From assembly GCA_963781595.1 (NCBI GenBank), contig CAWAGG010000006.1, positions 1,690,107 through 1,754,106 on the forward strand: DNA of 64,000 nucleotides. The letters run 5' to 3'. This DNA is from an uncultured Actinomycetota bacterium. GTDB lineage: Bacteria; Actinomycetota; UBA4738. Positions 17,208-25,670 of the stretch are shown here, in pieces. A program made the position numbers and the translations under genes. The number at the start of each line of letters is the position of its first letter. The first letter of the stretch is position 1. The notes beneath the pieces are model-generated. The model saw only the letters and a list, made by a program, of their open reading frames with translations, made no database searches and was not told the origin of the DNA.

Positions 17208-17756
17208 TCAGGGCGGCGCGAGCGTGGTCCGAACCTCGACACCTGCCTTGACGACCCTCGTGACCGGGGTCCGTTCGGCGACGTCCGCCAGCCGGGTCCG
17301 CTGTGCCTCGTCGAGTTCCCCGACGAGCCGGATCTCGCGGCGCACCTCGCCGAGCGTCGCCACGTCTTCCGACACGTACGAGAGGCGAACGTGAACGGCC
17401 TCGAGCGGCCACCCCTTGCGTTCGGCGTACATCCGGAGGGTCATGGCCGTGCACGACCCGAGCCCGGACAGCCAGAGCCCGAACGGGGACGGACCGGTGT
17501 CCGCGCCACCGCCGCGTTGGGTCTCGTCGGAGGTCAGCCCGTGCCGGCCGCTGGTGACCTCGACCCGCCAAGGCGGGCCGTCGCTGACGGCCGTCGCGTC
17601 GCCGAACCGGTGCCGATCGTTCGCCGTGACGTCCTCCTTCTCCGGTCGCGGGCTGGGCGTCCAGCGGGGACCGCGTCCGCCGGAGCGTAGGCCACGCGCG
17701 CGACCCCTGTCGAAGGTTCGCCCGCCTTCCTCGTTCGCGCGGGACGAACGGGCCAC
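17208..17756 (-). CDS. OsmC/Ohr-family protein (start uncertain)
   Basis: The core ..GADTGPSPFGLWLSGLGSCTAMTLRMYAERKGWPL.. is the OsmC signature. The only canonical in-frame start is GTG 17756, which adds a 43-aa Arg-rich extension. A strong SD (GAAGGAGG) lies 5 nt before an ACG codon at 17627. Confidence 0.7.
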   Translation of the reverse strand: MARSSRANEEGGRTFDRGRARGLRSGGRGPRWTPSPRPEKEDVTANDRHRFGDATAVSDGPPWRVEVTSGRHGLTSDETQRGGGADTGPSPFGLWLSGLGSCTAMTLRMYAERKGWPLEAVHVRLSYVSEDVATLGEVRREIRLVGELDEAQRTRLADVAERTPVTRVVKAGVEVRTTLAPP

Positions 17757-17771
17757 CGTGGCGCCATCCGG

Positions 17772-18884
17772 TCAGGCGCCGGCGATCAGGTAGATCGAGC
17801 CGGTCGACCAATCGCCCACGAGCAGTGCGCCGTCGGGTGTGACCGCCACGGGCAGCGGGTCCTTCAAACCGGTCAGGAACGTCGTGACGGTCCCCGTGTA
17901 CGTCGAACCGGACCTGGTCAGCGCGACCCGCTGCACCTTCCCGAGCGCCCAGTCGGAGACCAGCGCGGACGTTCCCACCGAGGGACCGAGCTGGCCCGTC
18001 ACGATCGCGACGCCGCCGGCGCCTGCGTGGGGATCGAGCTCGGCCGTCGGCTCGGGCACGCCGGCGCACGCGGCGCCAGCTTGCCCGTAGCAATCGGGGA
18101 AGCCCAGATCGTCATCCTGGTTGACGACCGCGAGCGAGTCGGCGGGTGTCTTCGTGCCGAGGTCGTCGCGCTGGTTGATCGTCGCGAACAGGTCGGACGT
18201 GCCCGGGTAGAGCGTCAGACCGAACGCGTCGCGGACCCCGGTCGCGTAGATACGCAGATCGGTTCCGTCAGGCCGGAAGGACACGATCGTCGCAGCCCAC
18301 GTCGACGACGGCACGCAGTGGTCGCACGTCGTGGAGACGCTCATCAGGATCCTGCCGCCCGGCGTGAGGACGAGGCCGGCGTTCGCCGCACCGGCGAGCG
18401 GGCCGTGGAGGATCGTGCGATGATGCGCGAAACGGGTTCCCTTCAGGCCGCTGTAGGTATCCACGCGACCGACCGACGCGACGTAGAGGGTGTCACCGCG
18501 CCAGAGGAGCCCGAGCGGGCCGCGCACGCCCGAGATGACCTCGACCGGCGTCGCACCCTGTCCCTCGACGAGATAGACGCCGTCGTTCGTATGGTCCGTC
18601 GCCGCGGAGGTCGCCACCCACAGCCGGTCCCGGGCATCGAACGCGAACGCCGAGACGTTCCGCAGGCCGGTGGTGTACACGCTGGCTTCCAGCCCTACCG
18701 GACCCATCAACCGGGCGCCGATCGACACGAGCCCATCGCCCCCGCTCGGGGCCGAGGTCGAGCCCGACGCGGATGCGCACGCGGACGCGAGAAGGGCGAG
18801 GGTCAGCACCGCGCCGGTCGCCCGTGGGCGACGACCCGATCGAACCCGATCCACGCGCCTCCGGGCGCGCGCCTGCTCCGTCAT
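17772..18884 (-). CDS. PQQ-dependent sugar (glucose/sorbosone) dehydrogenase-like beta-propeller lipoprotein
   Basis: Signal peptide with a lipobox (LLASAC). The blades ..GLRNVSAFAFDARDRLWVA.. and ..ATGVRDAFGLTLYPGTSDLFATINQRDDLG..DDLGFPDCY.. resemble the soluble GDH-B/sorbosone dehydrogenase family. Confidence 0.6.
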   Translation of the reverse strand: MTEQARARRRVDRVRSGRRPRATGAVLTLALLASACASASGSTSAPSGGDGLVSIGARLMGPVGLEASVYTTGLRNVSAFAFDARDRLWVATSAATDHTNDGVYLVEGQGATPVEVISGVRGPLGLLWRGDTLYVASVGRVDTYSGLKGTRFAHHRTILHGPLAGAANAGLVLTPGGRILMSVSTTCDHCVPSSTWAATIVSFRPDGTDLRIYATGVRDAFGLTLYPGTSDLFATINQRDDLGTKTPADSLAVVNQDDDLGFPDCYGQAGAACAGVPEPTAELDPHAGAGGVAIVTGQLGPSVGTSALVSDWALGKVQRVALTRSGSTYTGTVTTFLTGLKDPLPVAVTPDGALLVGDWSTGSIYLIAGA

Positions 18885-18910
18885 CTGTGTCCTCCTCGTC
18901 CTTCACGCGC

Positions 18911-18949
18911 GGCGCGGCTCCCGCTTCGTTGGAAGGCGGGAGCCGCGCC
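18911..18949 (-). terminator. GC-rich hairpin between the small-peptide gene and the dehydrogenase lipoprotein gene (terminator/attenuator candidate)
   Basis: Perfect 14-bp stem ggcgcggctcccgc / gcgggagccgcgcc with an 11-nt loop, 19 nt after the peptide stop codon. There is no U-tract on the minus-strand transcript (TTCTTTG follows on the plus strand). Confidence 0.5.
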
Positions 18950-18967
18950 GTTCTTTGCATCGATGCC

Positions 18968-19180
18968 CTACATCCCCGGGCAGTTCTGGTTGTTGGCCGC
19001 CGACGAGCCGGACGACGCCGAGGACGGGTTCGAACTCGATGCCTTCGACGTGGAACCCGTCGAGGTCGTCGACTTCGCCGTCTGGGCCGCGGTCGCCGCG
19101 TTCGCGATCGCGGCCCCGCCGCCGACCAGGGCGCCCGTCAGGGTCAGGGCCACCAGGGCCTTGGTGATGTGGTTCCGCAC
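18968..19180 (-). CDS. Small secreted Ser/Thr-rich protein (70 aa) with Sec-type signal peptide
   Basis: GTG start preceded by AAGGAGGTGATC, a 12-nt perfect complement to the canonical 16S 3' tail. The signal is MRNHITKALVALTLTGALVGGGAAIANA|AT... The mature ~41 aa is Ser/Thr/Ala-rich and ends ..NNQNCPGM. Confidence 0.6.
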   Translation of the reverse strand: MRNHITKALVALTLTGALVGGGAAIANAATAAQTAKSTTSTGSTSKASSSNPSSASSGSSAANNQNCPGM

Positions 19181-19326
19181 GTTCGATCACCTCCTTCCCT
19201 TCCGTTCGTGTGGAATGCCAGTCCACCGGGCCCGGCTGGGAAACGGGTTGGAGTCGGCCGAGAGATGGCGGAGCGTCCCGGCGGGCTGCGACGGCTTGCG
19301 CCCGCCTGTCGTACGCTCCGGACCAC

Positions 19327-20861
19327 ATGGACGCCGACGTGACCGTCGTGGGGGGCGGGTCCGCGGGTTGCGTCCTGGCGACGCGGCTGAGCGAGGATCC
19401 CGACCGGAGGGTCCTGCTCGTCGAGGCCGGCCCCGATCACGTTGGCCGCGAAGCGCTCCCGCCGGAGATCGCCGACGGCTCCTTCCCCACGGGCAGTCAC
19501 GACTGGGGCTTCCGCTCCGAGCCCGACGCCGGGGGTCGAACGCTCGACCTCCTGCGGGGCAAGCTGATGGGCGGGTGCTCGTCGACGAACGCCTGCCTGG
19601 CGCTCCGGGGCTCAGCGGCTGACTACGACGCCTGGGCGGCGTCCGGCGTCACGGGCTGGGCGTTCGACGACGTGCTGCCCGCGTTCCGGGCGTGCGAGAC
19701 GGACCTCGACTTCCCGGCCGCCGCCTGGCACGGAGACCTCGGGCCCACTGCCGATCCGGCGGGAACGGCCGGCCCGAGTTCGCCCCCGCCGCCACCGCGT
19801 CGCTCGAGGCGGCCGCTGCCCTCGGTCACCCGTCGATCGAGGACCACAATCGTCCGGGAGCGATCGGTGCGGGGCCGATGCCGGTGAACCGGGTCGACGG
19901 GCTCCGCATGAGCACGGCGCTCACGTACCTGGCGGGCGCGCGAGATCGTTCGAACCTGACGATCCGGCCTGGGACGGTCGTGGATCGCGTCGTCGTCGAC
20001 GGCGACCGAGCCGTCGGCGTGCGCCTCGCCGGCTCCGGACCGGGCGCCGGCGAGACGATCCGGTCGAACGCGGTGGTCCTGGCCGCGGGCGCGTACGCGA
20101 GCCCGGCGATCCTCTTGCGCTCGGGCATCGGTCCGGCCACCGACCTGCGGGACCTGGGCATCTCCATCGCGTGCGAGCTCGTGGGTGTGGGCTCGAACCT
20201 GATCGACCACGTCTGGCTCTCGGTCGACGTCCCGGTCGCGCCGGGTCCTGGTCGGGCGCCGCTCGCGCAGGTCCTGGTCACGTTCAGCAGCACCTCCTGG
20301 GACGGCGATAGGCCCGACCTGCAGCTCGTGCCCTGCTCGCCGATCGGGGTTCCCCAGACCGAGAGCCCCACCGGCGCAGTCTCGTTCGTCGGCGTGTCGG
20401 TGGTGAGGCCGCGCTCGCGAGGCCGCGTCTGGCTTCGGTCGGCCGACCCGAACGCTCCGCCCAGGATCGACCCCGGTCACTTCCGGCACGCCGACGACAT
20501 CTTGCGTGCGATCGACGGGGTTCGCGCCGCACGGCGGCTGCTTCGCACCGAGCCGCTTGCTGGGTTGGTGGCCGGCGCGGAGCTGAAACCGGCGCCGGGC
20601 GTGCCCGACGACGACGCCGAGGGTCTCGAGGCCGGCATCCGACGCTCGTACGACACGTACCATCATCCGGTGGGCACGTGTCGGATGGGACCCGACCCAT
20701 CGGGCGGCGCCGTCGTCGACGCGCGCGGCCGGGTCCACGGCGTCGAGGGCCTCTGGGTCGCCGACGCGTCGATCATGCCGGACATCCCGTCGGCGAACAC
20801 GAACCTCCCGACGATCATGGTCGCCGAACGCGTCGCCGGCTGGCTGCGCGAGGACGGGTAG
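19327..20861 (+). pseudogene. GMC-family FAD oxidoreductase (choline-dehydrogenase-like) with a broken reading frame
   Basis: The N-terminal frame has MDADVTVVGGGSAGCVLATRLSED.. (FAD fold) up to ..WHGDLGP. The C-terminal frame (ORF 19692..20861) carries ..HNRPGAIGAGPMPVN..STALTYL.. and the active-site block HPVGTCRMG. The frame changes between 19744 and 19775. The length of 1535 nt is not a multiple of 3. Confidence 0.8.
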
Positions 20862-20897
20862 CGGGGGAGAGAACGCCGGACGCCGCGGGCCCAGCTT

Positions 20898-21143
20898 TCA
20901 GGTCTGCGCCGGGAACGAGGCCGTCCGGATCAACCGGTCCGCGGTCGCCGCGAATCGCTGGAACCCGCCGGCCGTCGTCGCGAACTCGATCGTGACGTCG
21001 TCCGGCCCGACCGGCACGACGACGAACCGCACGTGCGCGCCCTTGCCGAGCGGGAGGAGATCCAGGCCCATCTGGAACAGCTTCACGCAGCCGGGCGCGC
21101 AGCTCAGCGGGCTCTTCGCCGGGGACGCGGGCGACCACCGCAT
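20898..21143 (-). other. ORF likely representing the C-terminal part of the preceding lipoprotein (frame-shifted), or a separate small protein
   Basis: It has a protein-like translation (..SCAPGCVKLFQMGLDLLPLGKGAHVRFVVVPVGPDDVTIEFATTAGGFQRF..) but no SD or convincing start. It abuts ORF 21148..21543. The joint span of 646 nt is a multiple of 3 plus 1. Confidence 0.35.
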
Positions 21144-21147
21144 CCAG

Positions 21148-21543
21148 CTAGGTCGCCGTCAGCCCGCCGACGGTCGTCGGGATCGGCGGCCCCGTCCGGA
21201 GGTACGGGTTCGAACGGAGCCATGCGACCAGGTCGTCGGGCGCCGCCACCGCCCCACGATATCGAGGGTCGTAGACCTCGCCGACGACCATCAGGTTCAG
21301 CTGGGGAAGGGCGCCGTCGTCGACGGCGATCAGCGTTGGGCGGTCGGTCGTCTGGTTCAGGTCGCCGGGGAACCGGAACCGCACCTGCGGGTGGAAGTTC
21401 GCGGAGACGAACACCCCGGAGGGGATCGGGGACGGCGTCCGGTGGGAACCGGTCGGGTTCGGACCGGGCGTCCCCGTCGAGCACGCCGACGCCGCTCCGA
21501 TGGAGATGGCGAGCACGGCGATCGTCAGACGAGATCCGGGCAT
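21148..21543 (-). CDS. Hypothetical lipoprotein (possibly the N-terminal part of a split gene)
   Basis: The signal with lipobox is MPGSRLTIAVLAISIGAASAC. The ORF ends at TAG 21148-21150, and the next ORF on the same strand begins immediately in another frame. Confidence 0.5.
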   Translation of the reverse strand: MPGSRLTIAVLAISIGAASACSTGTPGPNPTGSHRTPSPIPSGVFVSANFHPQVRFRFPGDLNQTTDRPTLIAVDDGALPQLNLMVVGEVYDPRYRGAVAAPDDLVAWLRSNPYLRTGPPIPTTVGGLTAT

Positions 21544-21690
21544 CCATCCGTTCTACGGTGCGTTCGGTTAACGAGGATGCCGGCTGCCGAAGCACGGGTC
21601 GTCGGGCCTCCCTGTCGGCTCCGTTGCCGCAACGGCCCCTCGCGGATACCGTTCCTGGGCCTGGACGCCGCCGGTCGGCGGTCCGGCTCG

Positions 21691-23380
21691 ATGCCCGATC
21701 GAACGGAGAGGACGTTGTCTCCCAGGAGAAGCCTGCCCAGTGGCCGCTCGCAGATCGTTCGGCGCCGAGCCGCGATCACCGCCGGCGCCCAGGCCATGAT
21801 CCTCGTCGTGGCGCTGCTGTGGGGGCCGGCGTCCATGGCGTCGCCGGTGCATGTGCGCCCATCGACCCGCCCACGGAGCGCCGCGTACCTCCCCGACGAA
21901 GTCCTCGTCCGATACCGAGCCGGGTTCGGCGCCGGCGCGATCTCGCGCGTGGAGCGCGGTCTGGGAGCGACGGTGGTGAGGTCCTATCCGTTCGTTCCCG
22001 GACTGACGCTGCTCCGTCTGGACGGCGGTCGCTCCGTACCGGCCGCGGTTGCCGCCTTCGCCTCCATGCCAGAGGTCATGTATGCGCAGCCGAACTGGGT
22101 TTCGCACATCGACGCGTCGGAGGGTGCGCGCCGACCGAGCCTGACCCCGGACGACCCGAGGTACGGCAAGCAGTGGGGATGGCGGCGGATCGACGCCCCG
22201 GCCGCATGGGACCTCACGACCGGTTCGCACGCCGTGGTGGTCGGTGATATCGACACCGGGCTCGACTACGACCACGAAGATCTGGCAGCGAACGCCTGGA
22301 GGAACACGGCCGAGTGCAACGGGCAGGCGGCGGTCGACGACGACGGCAACGGGTACGTCGACGACTGCTACGGGATCGACACGATCGACGGTGACACGGA
22401 TCCGATGGACGACAACGATCACGGGACGCACACGGCGGGCACGATCGGCGCGGTCGGCGACAACGGCGTCGGCGTGACCGGGATGGACTGGAACGTGCAG
22501 GTCCTGCCCTGCAAGTCGCACGATGCGAGCGGCAACGGCTCGATCGCAAGCATCATCGAGTGCTACCAGTACATGGTCACCGAGAAGGCTGCCGGCAACG
22601 ACATCATCGCGACGAACAACTCGTATGCCCACTGCCCGGAGGCATGCGACTTCGACCGGGCGACGGAGGACGGCATCGCGGCGTTGGGAGACGCGGGGAT
22701 CCTGTTCATCGCCGCTGCTGGCAACGACGCGAGCGACAACGACGCGGCCCCCGCGTACCCGGCCAACTACTTCCTCCCGAACGTGATCGCGGTGGCCGCC
22801 ACCAACTCCGCGGACAAGCTGGCGGGATTCTCCAACCGCGGCGACCGGTCGGTGCTGGTCGGCGCGCCGGGCACGCGCATCCTCAGCACGATACCGGACG
22901 ACGCGTACGCGCGGTTCAGCGGAACCTCGATGGCGACCCCGCACGTGACCGGGCTGGCTGCCTTGATCCACGCCGCCGATCCCGGGCTGTCGATCTATGG
23001 GATCCGGAACCTGATCGTCGCCGGCGGCGACGATGTCGTGTCTCTCGATGGGAAGACCGTCTCCGGAAAGCGGATCGACGCATACGGTTCGCTCAGGTGC
23101 TCGGGTTCGACGGTGTCCGGGATGCTCCGGCCCCTCGACACCGTGCCGACCGGCAAGCAGACGATCGCCGTGCTGAACATCGACTGCGCGAAGGCGGCCG
23201 GCAAGCTGACACGTCACGATCAAGCCGGGCAACATCAACCTCACGCTGAAGGACGACGGCAAGAAGGCCGACCTGGCGGCGAACGACGGGATCTACTCCG
23301 CGTCATGGACGCCGGCCAAGAAGGGCAGCTACACGCTGAAGTTCTCCAACGGCAAGTCCTACTCCGTCACGGTCGCGTAG
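21691..23380 (+). pseudogene. Secreted subtilisin-like serine peptidase (MEROPS S8) with N-terminal propeptide; C-terminal domain out of frame
   Basis: The catalytic triad blocks are VGDIDTGLDYDH, HGTHTAGTIGA and GTSMATPHVTG. After ..NIDCAKAAGKLT (23211) the protein-like continuation VTIKPGNINLTLKDDGKKADLAANDGIYSASWTPAKKGSYTLKFSNGKSYSVTVA* lies in the +1 frame (23213..23380). The span of 1690 nt is a multiple of 3 plus 1. A TTG at 21715 is an alternative start. Confidence 0.8.
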
Positions 23381-23390
23381 GACCGACCGG

Positions 23391-24230
23391 TCATCGTTCG
23401 GTGAGTCGTTCGGCCGCGGAGCGCGCGCGCTCCGCGGCCCGGTCGGCTTCCCGCCGGGCGCGGTTCGCCTCGCGCCGTTTCCCCGCGGCGACCTTCGCGG
23501 CGCGTTCCGCGTCCTGTTCGGCGGCAACGGCCGCTCGCTCGACCTCGTCCGCGGTGTTCGCCGCGGAGGTCGCGGTCGCCCTGAGGCGTTGTGCATCTCG
23601 TTCGGCCCGGTCCCGTTCCCGTCGCCGCCGAGCGGCGGCCTCCGCGCGTTCGCGTTCCTCGTCCGGGCGGCGGGTCGCGTCGCCGTCACCCTCGGACTCG
23701 TGCGCCGGGCCAGCATCCGAGGCGCCGAAGAGCCCATCGAACCCGCCGGAGCCGGAGAGGTCATGGTCGAGGATGCCGCGACGCAGGAGATCGGCGCCTT
23801 CGGGATCGGCGGCCGTCGCCATCAGGCTGGCGGCGATGCGGTCCAGGTTCTGGCGGTGGGCCGGCAGCCCGGCATCCTCGAGGATCGCGCCCGCTCGCTC
23901 GGTCACGCCGGCGACCACCCGCTGGCGCTCCTCGGACGCCGCACGGAACCGCGGTCCGGCCCGTTCCTTCGCCGTCGACATGGCGGCACGAAGCTCGTCG
24001 TTCGCGGCGAACAGCTCCTGGAGCCGCTCCGGCTCCGACGACGCGACGCGGTCGAGCGCCCACGCGGTGGGGGAAGGCTTGCGGAGCCGGTGGACGGCCG
24101 CGGCGGCTTCGGCGTCGCCGGCCAACTTCAGGTCCTTCACCATCTCGGCTCGGGCCGCGACGAATCCCGCCGGCGGCACCTGGTACAGCCGCTGCACGTC
24201 CTCCTGGGGTTCGCCTGCGGTGTCGTCCAT
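23391..24230 (-). CDS. Hypothetical protein (helical N-terminal domain, Arg/Glu/Ala-rich coiled-coil-like C-terminus)
   Basis: 279-aa ORF with good codon bias, convergent with the S8 gene. No family recognised. Confidence 0.5.
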   Translation of the reverse strand: MDDTAGEPQEDVQRLYQVPPAGFVAARAEMVKDLKLAGDAEAAAAVHRLRKPSPTAWALDRVASSEPERLQELFAANDELRAAMSTAKERAGPRFRAASEERQRVVAGVTERAGAILEDAGLPAHRQNLDRIAASLMATAADPEGADLLRRGILDHDLSGSGGFDGLFGASDAGPAHESEGDGDATRRPDEERERAEAAARRRRERDRAERDAQRLRATATSAANTADEVERAAVAAEQDAERAAKVAAGKRREANRARREADRAAERARSAAERLTER

Positions 24231-24342
24231 GGCCGAGTTCTACCCGACCGGGCGGTCGGCCGCCACCGCGATCATGCGCGCTTCGGGGGTCGTGCCATCA
24301 TGCCGCGGTGATCGGCGGGGCGATCCATCGGACCGGCCGGAC

Positions 24343-25089
24343 GTGAGCGTCGGCGGATGGCTCGTGGCCGCGACCCTGGCGGCGGCCGTCGCCGACTGGG
24401 TCGCGGTCGCGCGTTCGTCGAAGCCGGCCGAGTACGTGTGCAAGCCGCTCACCATGGTCCTGCTCATCGCGGCGGCGATCGCGTTCCGGACCGACGCCGT
24501 CGCGGCGAGGTGGATCTTCACGTTGGCGGCCCTCGTGCTGTGCCTCGCGGGCGACGTGTTCCTCATGCTCCCGCGGGACCCGTTCGTCGCGGGTCTGGCA
24601 TCGTTCCTCCTCGCACACGTCGCGTACGTCGTCGCGTTCGCGGTGTCGATCGACTCCGTGTCGCGTCGGTTCGCCGACTACCCGGTGCCGGGCTCGTTCG
24701 TAGAGCCGCCTCCGCCCTGGGGCACGATCGCGGTGGCCTCGGCGGCCGTGCTGGTGGTCGCCGTGCCGCTGTTCCTCCGGATCCGGAGAGGGATCGTCGA
24801 ACGGGGTCGCCCCGAGCTGGTGCTGCCGGTTGCCCTCTACGTCGTCGCGATCAGCGCGATGGTGATCAGCGCCTTCGCGACGCTCGGCCGCCCTTCGTGG
24901 AGCGTCGAAGGCCGAACGTTCGCGATCGCCGGTGCGGTGCTGTTCTTCGTTTCGGACGCGCTGATCGGCTGGACGCGATTCGTCCGGCCGAGTCCATGGG
25001 GACCGGTCACGATCATGGTCACGTACCACCTGGGACAGGTGGGCCTGGTGCTCGGGCTCCTCGCGAGCCCGCTCGTCATCCCTCGGTAG
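24343..25089 (+). CDS. YhhN-family lysoplasmalogenase-like membrane protein
   Basis: ..EYVCKPLTMVLLIAAAI.., ..LCLAGDVFLM.., ..LLAHVAYVVAF.. and ..FFVSDALIGW.. are the characteristic YhhN blocks. The start is set at an in-frame GTG (VSVGGWLVA..). Confidence 0.75.
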   Translation: MSVGGWLVAATLAAAVADWVAVARSSKPAEYVCKPLTMVLLIAAAIAFRTDAVAARWIFTLAALVLCLAGDVFLMLPRDPFVAGLASFLLAHVAYVVAFAVSIDSVSRRFADYPVPGSFVEPPPPWGTIAVASAAVLVVAVPLFLRIRRGIVERGRPELVLPVALYVVAISAMVISAFATLGRPSWSVEGRTFAIAGAVLFFVSDALIGWTRFVRPSPWGPVTIMVTYHLGQVGLVLGLLASPLVIPR

Positions 25090-25105
25090 TAGTAAGGCTG
25101 CCTGA

Positions 25106-25582
25106 CTATCTCCCGGCGTTCAGCGCGCCGCCCGGATCGATGTGGTCGAGGAGCAGGGACAGCCCGCTCTTCATCGACTCGAACCCTCCTCGGCCGAGGT
25201 ATTCGGCGAACTCCGCCTCAAGCTCGCTCACGACCTCCAGGGCATCCATCAGCAGGCGTTGGCCGCGTTCCGTCCGCCAGACCATCACGACCCGGCCGTC
25301 CTTCGGGTCCGGCCGTCGCTCGAGGTAGCCCCTGGCTTCGATCTCGCGCACCAGCTGGCTCGCCGCCTGCCGGGTCACGCCGGCTTTCGCCGCGAGGTTC
25401 GTGATGCTCGTCCCCTCCGTGTCCAGGTTCGCGAGCAGGGCGGGGTAGGAGACCATCAGATCCAGGTACCCACGCTCGCGGATGCGGCGGACCATCTCCG
25501 TCGTCTCGGCGCGGGTGGCCCGGATGAGCAGCCGGTACAGGGTCCGTTCGCGGAACGCGCGGAGCCGTTCGGCGTCGAGCAT
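25106..25582 (-). CDS. MarR-family transcriptional regulator
   Basis: Winged-helix region ..TSITNLAAKAGVTRQAASQLVREIEARGYLERRPDPKDGRVVMVWRTERG... The start is at the ATG of MLDAERL... Confidence 0.85.
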   Translation of the reverse strand: MLDAERLRAFRERTLYRLLIRATRAETTEMVRRIRERGYLDLMVSYPALLANLDTEGTSITNLAAKAGVTRQAASQLVREIEARGYLERRPDPKDGRVVMVWRTERGQRLLMDALEVVSELEAEFAEYLGRGGFESMKSGLSLLLDHIDPGGALNAGR

Positions 25583-25591
25583 GTCGGTCAC

Positions 25592-25634
25592 GATACGCAA
25601 CCCCTTTGACAAGATACGCAAGAAAGTTTACAAC
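25592..25634 (+). promoter_or_regulatory. Divergent MarR/SnoaL control region: 9-bp direct repeat pair flanking a TTGACA box
   Basis: GATACGCAA occurs at 25592-25600 and again at 25613-25621, a 21-nt period. TTGACA sits at 25606-25611, followed by a 17-nt spacer and TACAAC at 25629-25634. Confidence 0.45.
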
Positions 25635-25670
25635 TTCGTCAGACAGGAGGAGAGAGGGAGGGGGAACCCG

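Noticed and set aside
18968-19180. The Ser/Thr/Cys-containing small peptide as a lanthipeptide or other RiPP precursor
   Set aside because: No lanthionine synthetase, radical-SAM, YcaO, protease-transporter or other RiPP maturation gene is nearby. The N-terminus is a standard Sec signal peptide rather than a leader peptide. I kept it only as an unexplained secreted small protein.
21621-21635. A 15-bp palindrome CCGTTGC-C-GCAACGG in the divergent region between the lipoprotein and the S8 peptidase
   Set aside because: It is a single short palindrome with no second copy and no adjacent regulator gene. The evidence for an operator is insufficient.
20992-25089. A 1365-aa ORF, the longest in the track
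   Set aside because: It is a read-through artefact. One frame happens to contain the S8 peptidase, then an out-of-frame tail running antisense through gene 23391..24230, then the YhhN gene. The segments between the real genes translate to Arg/Ala/Ser/Pro-rich sequence that is not protein-like.
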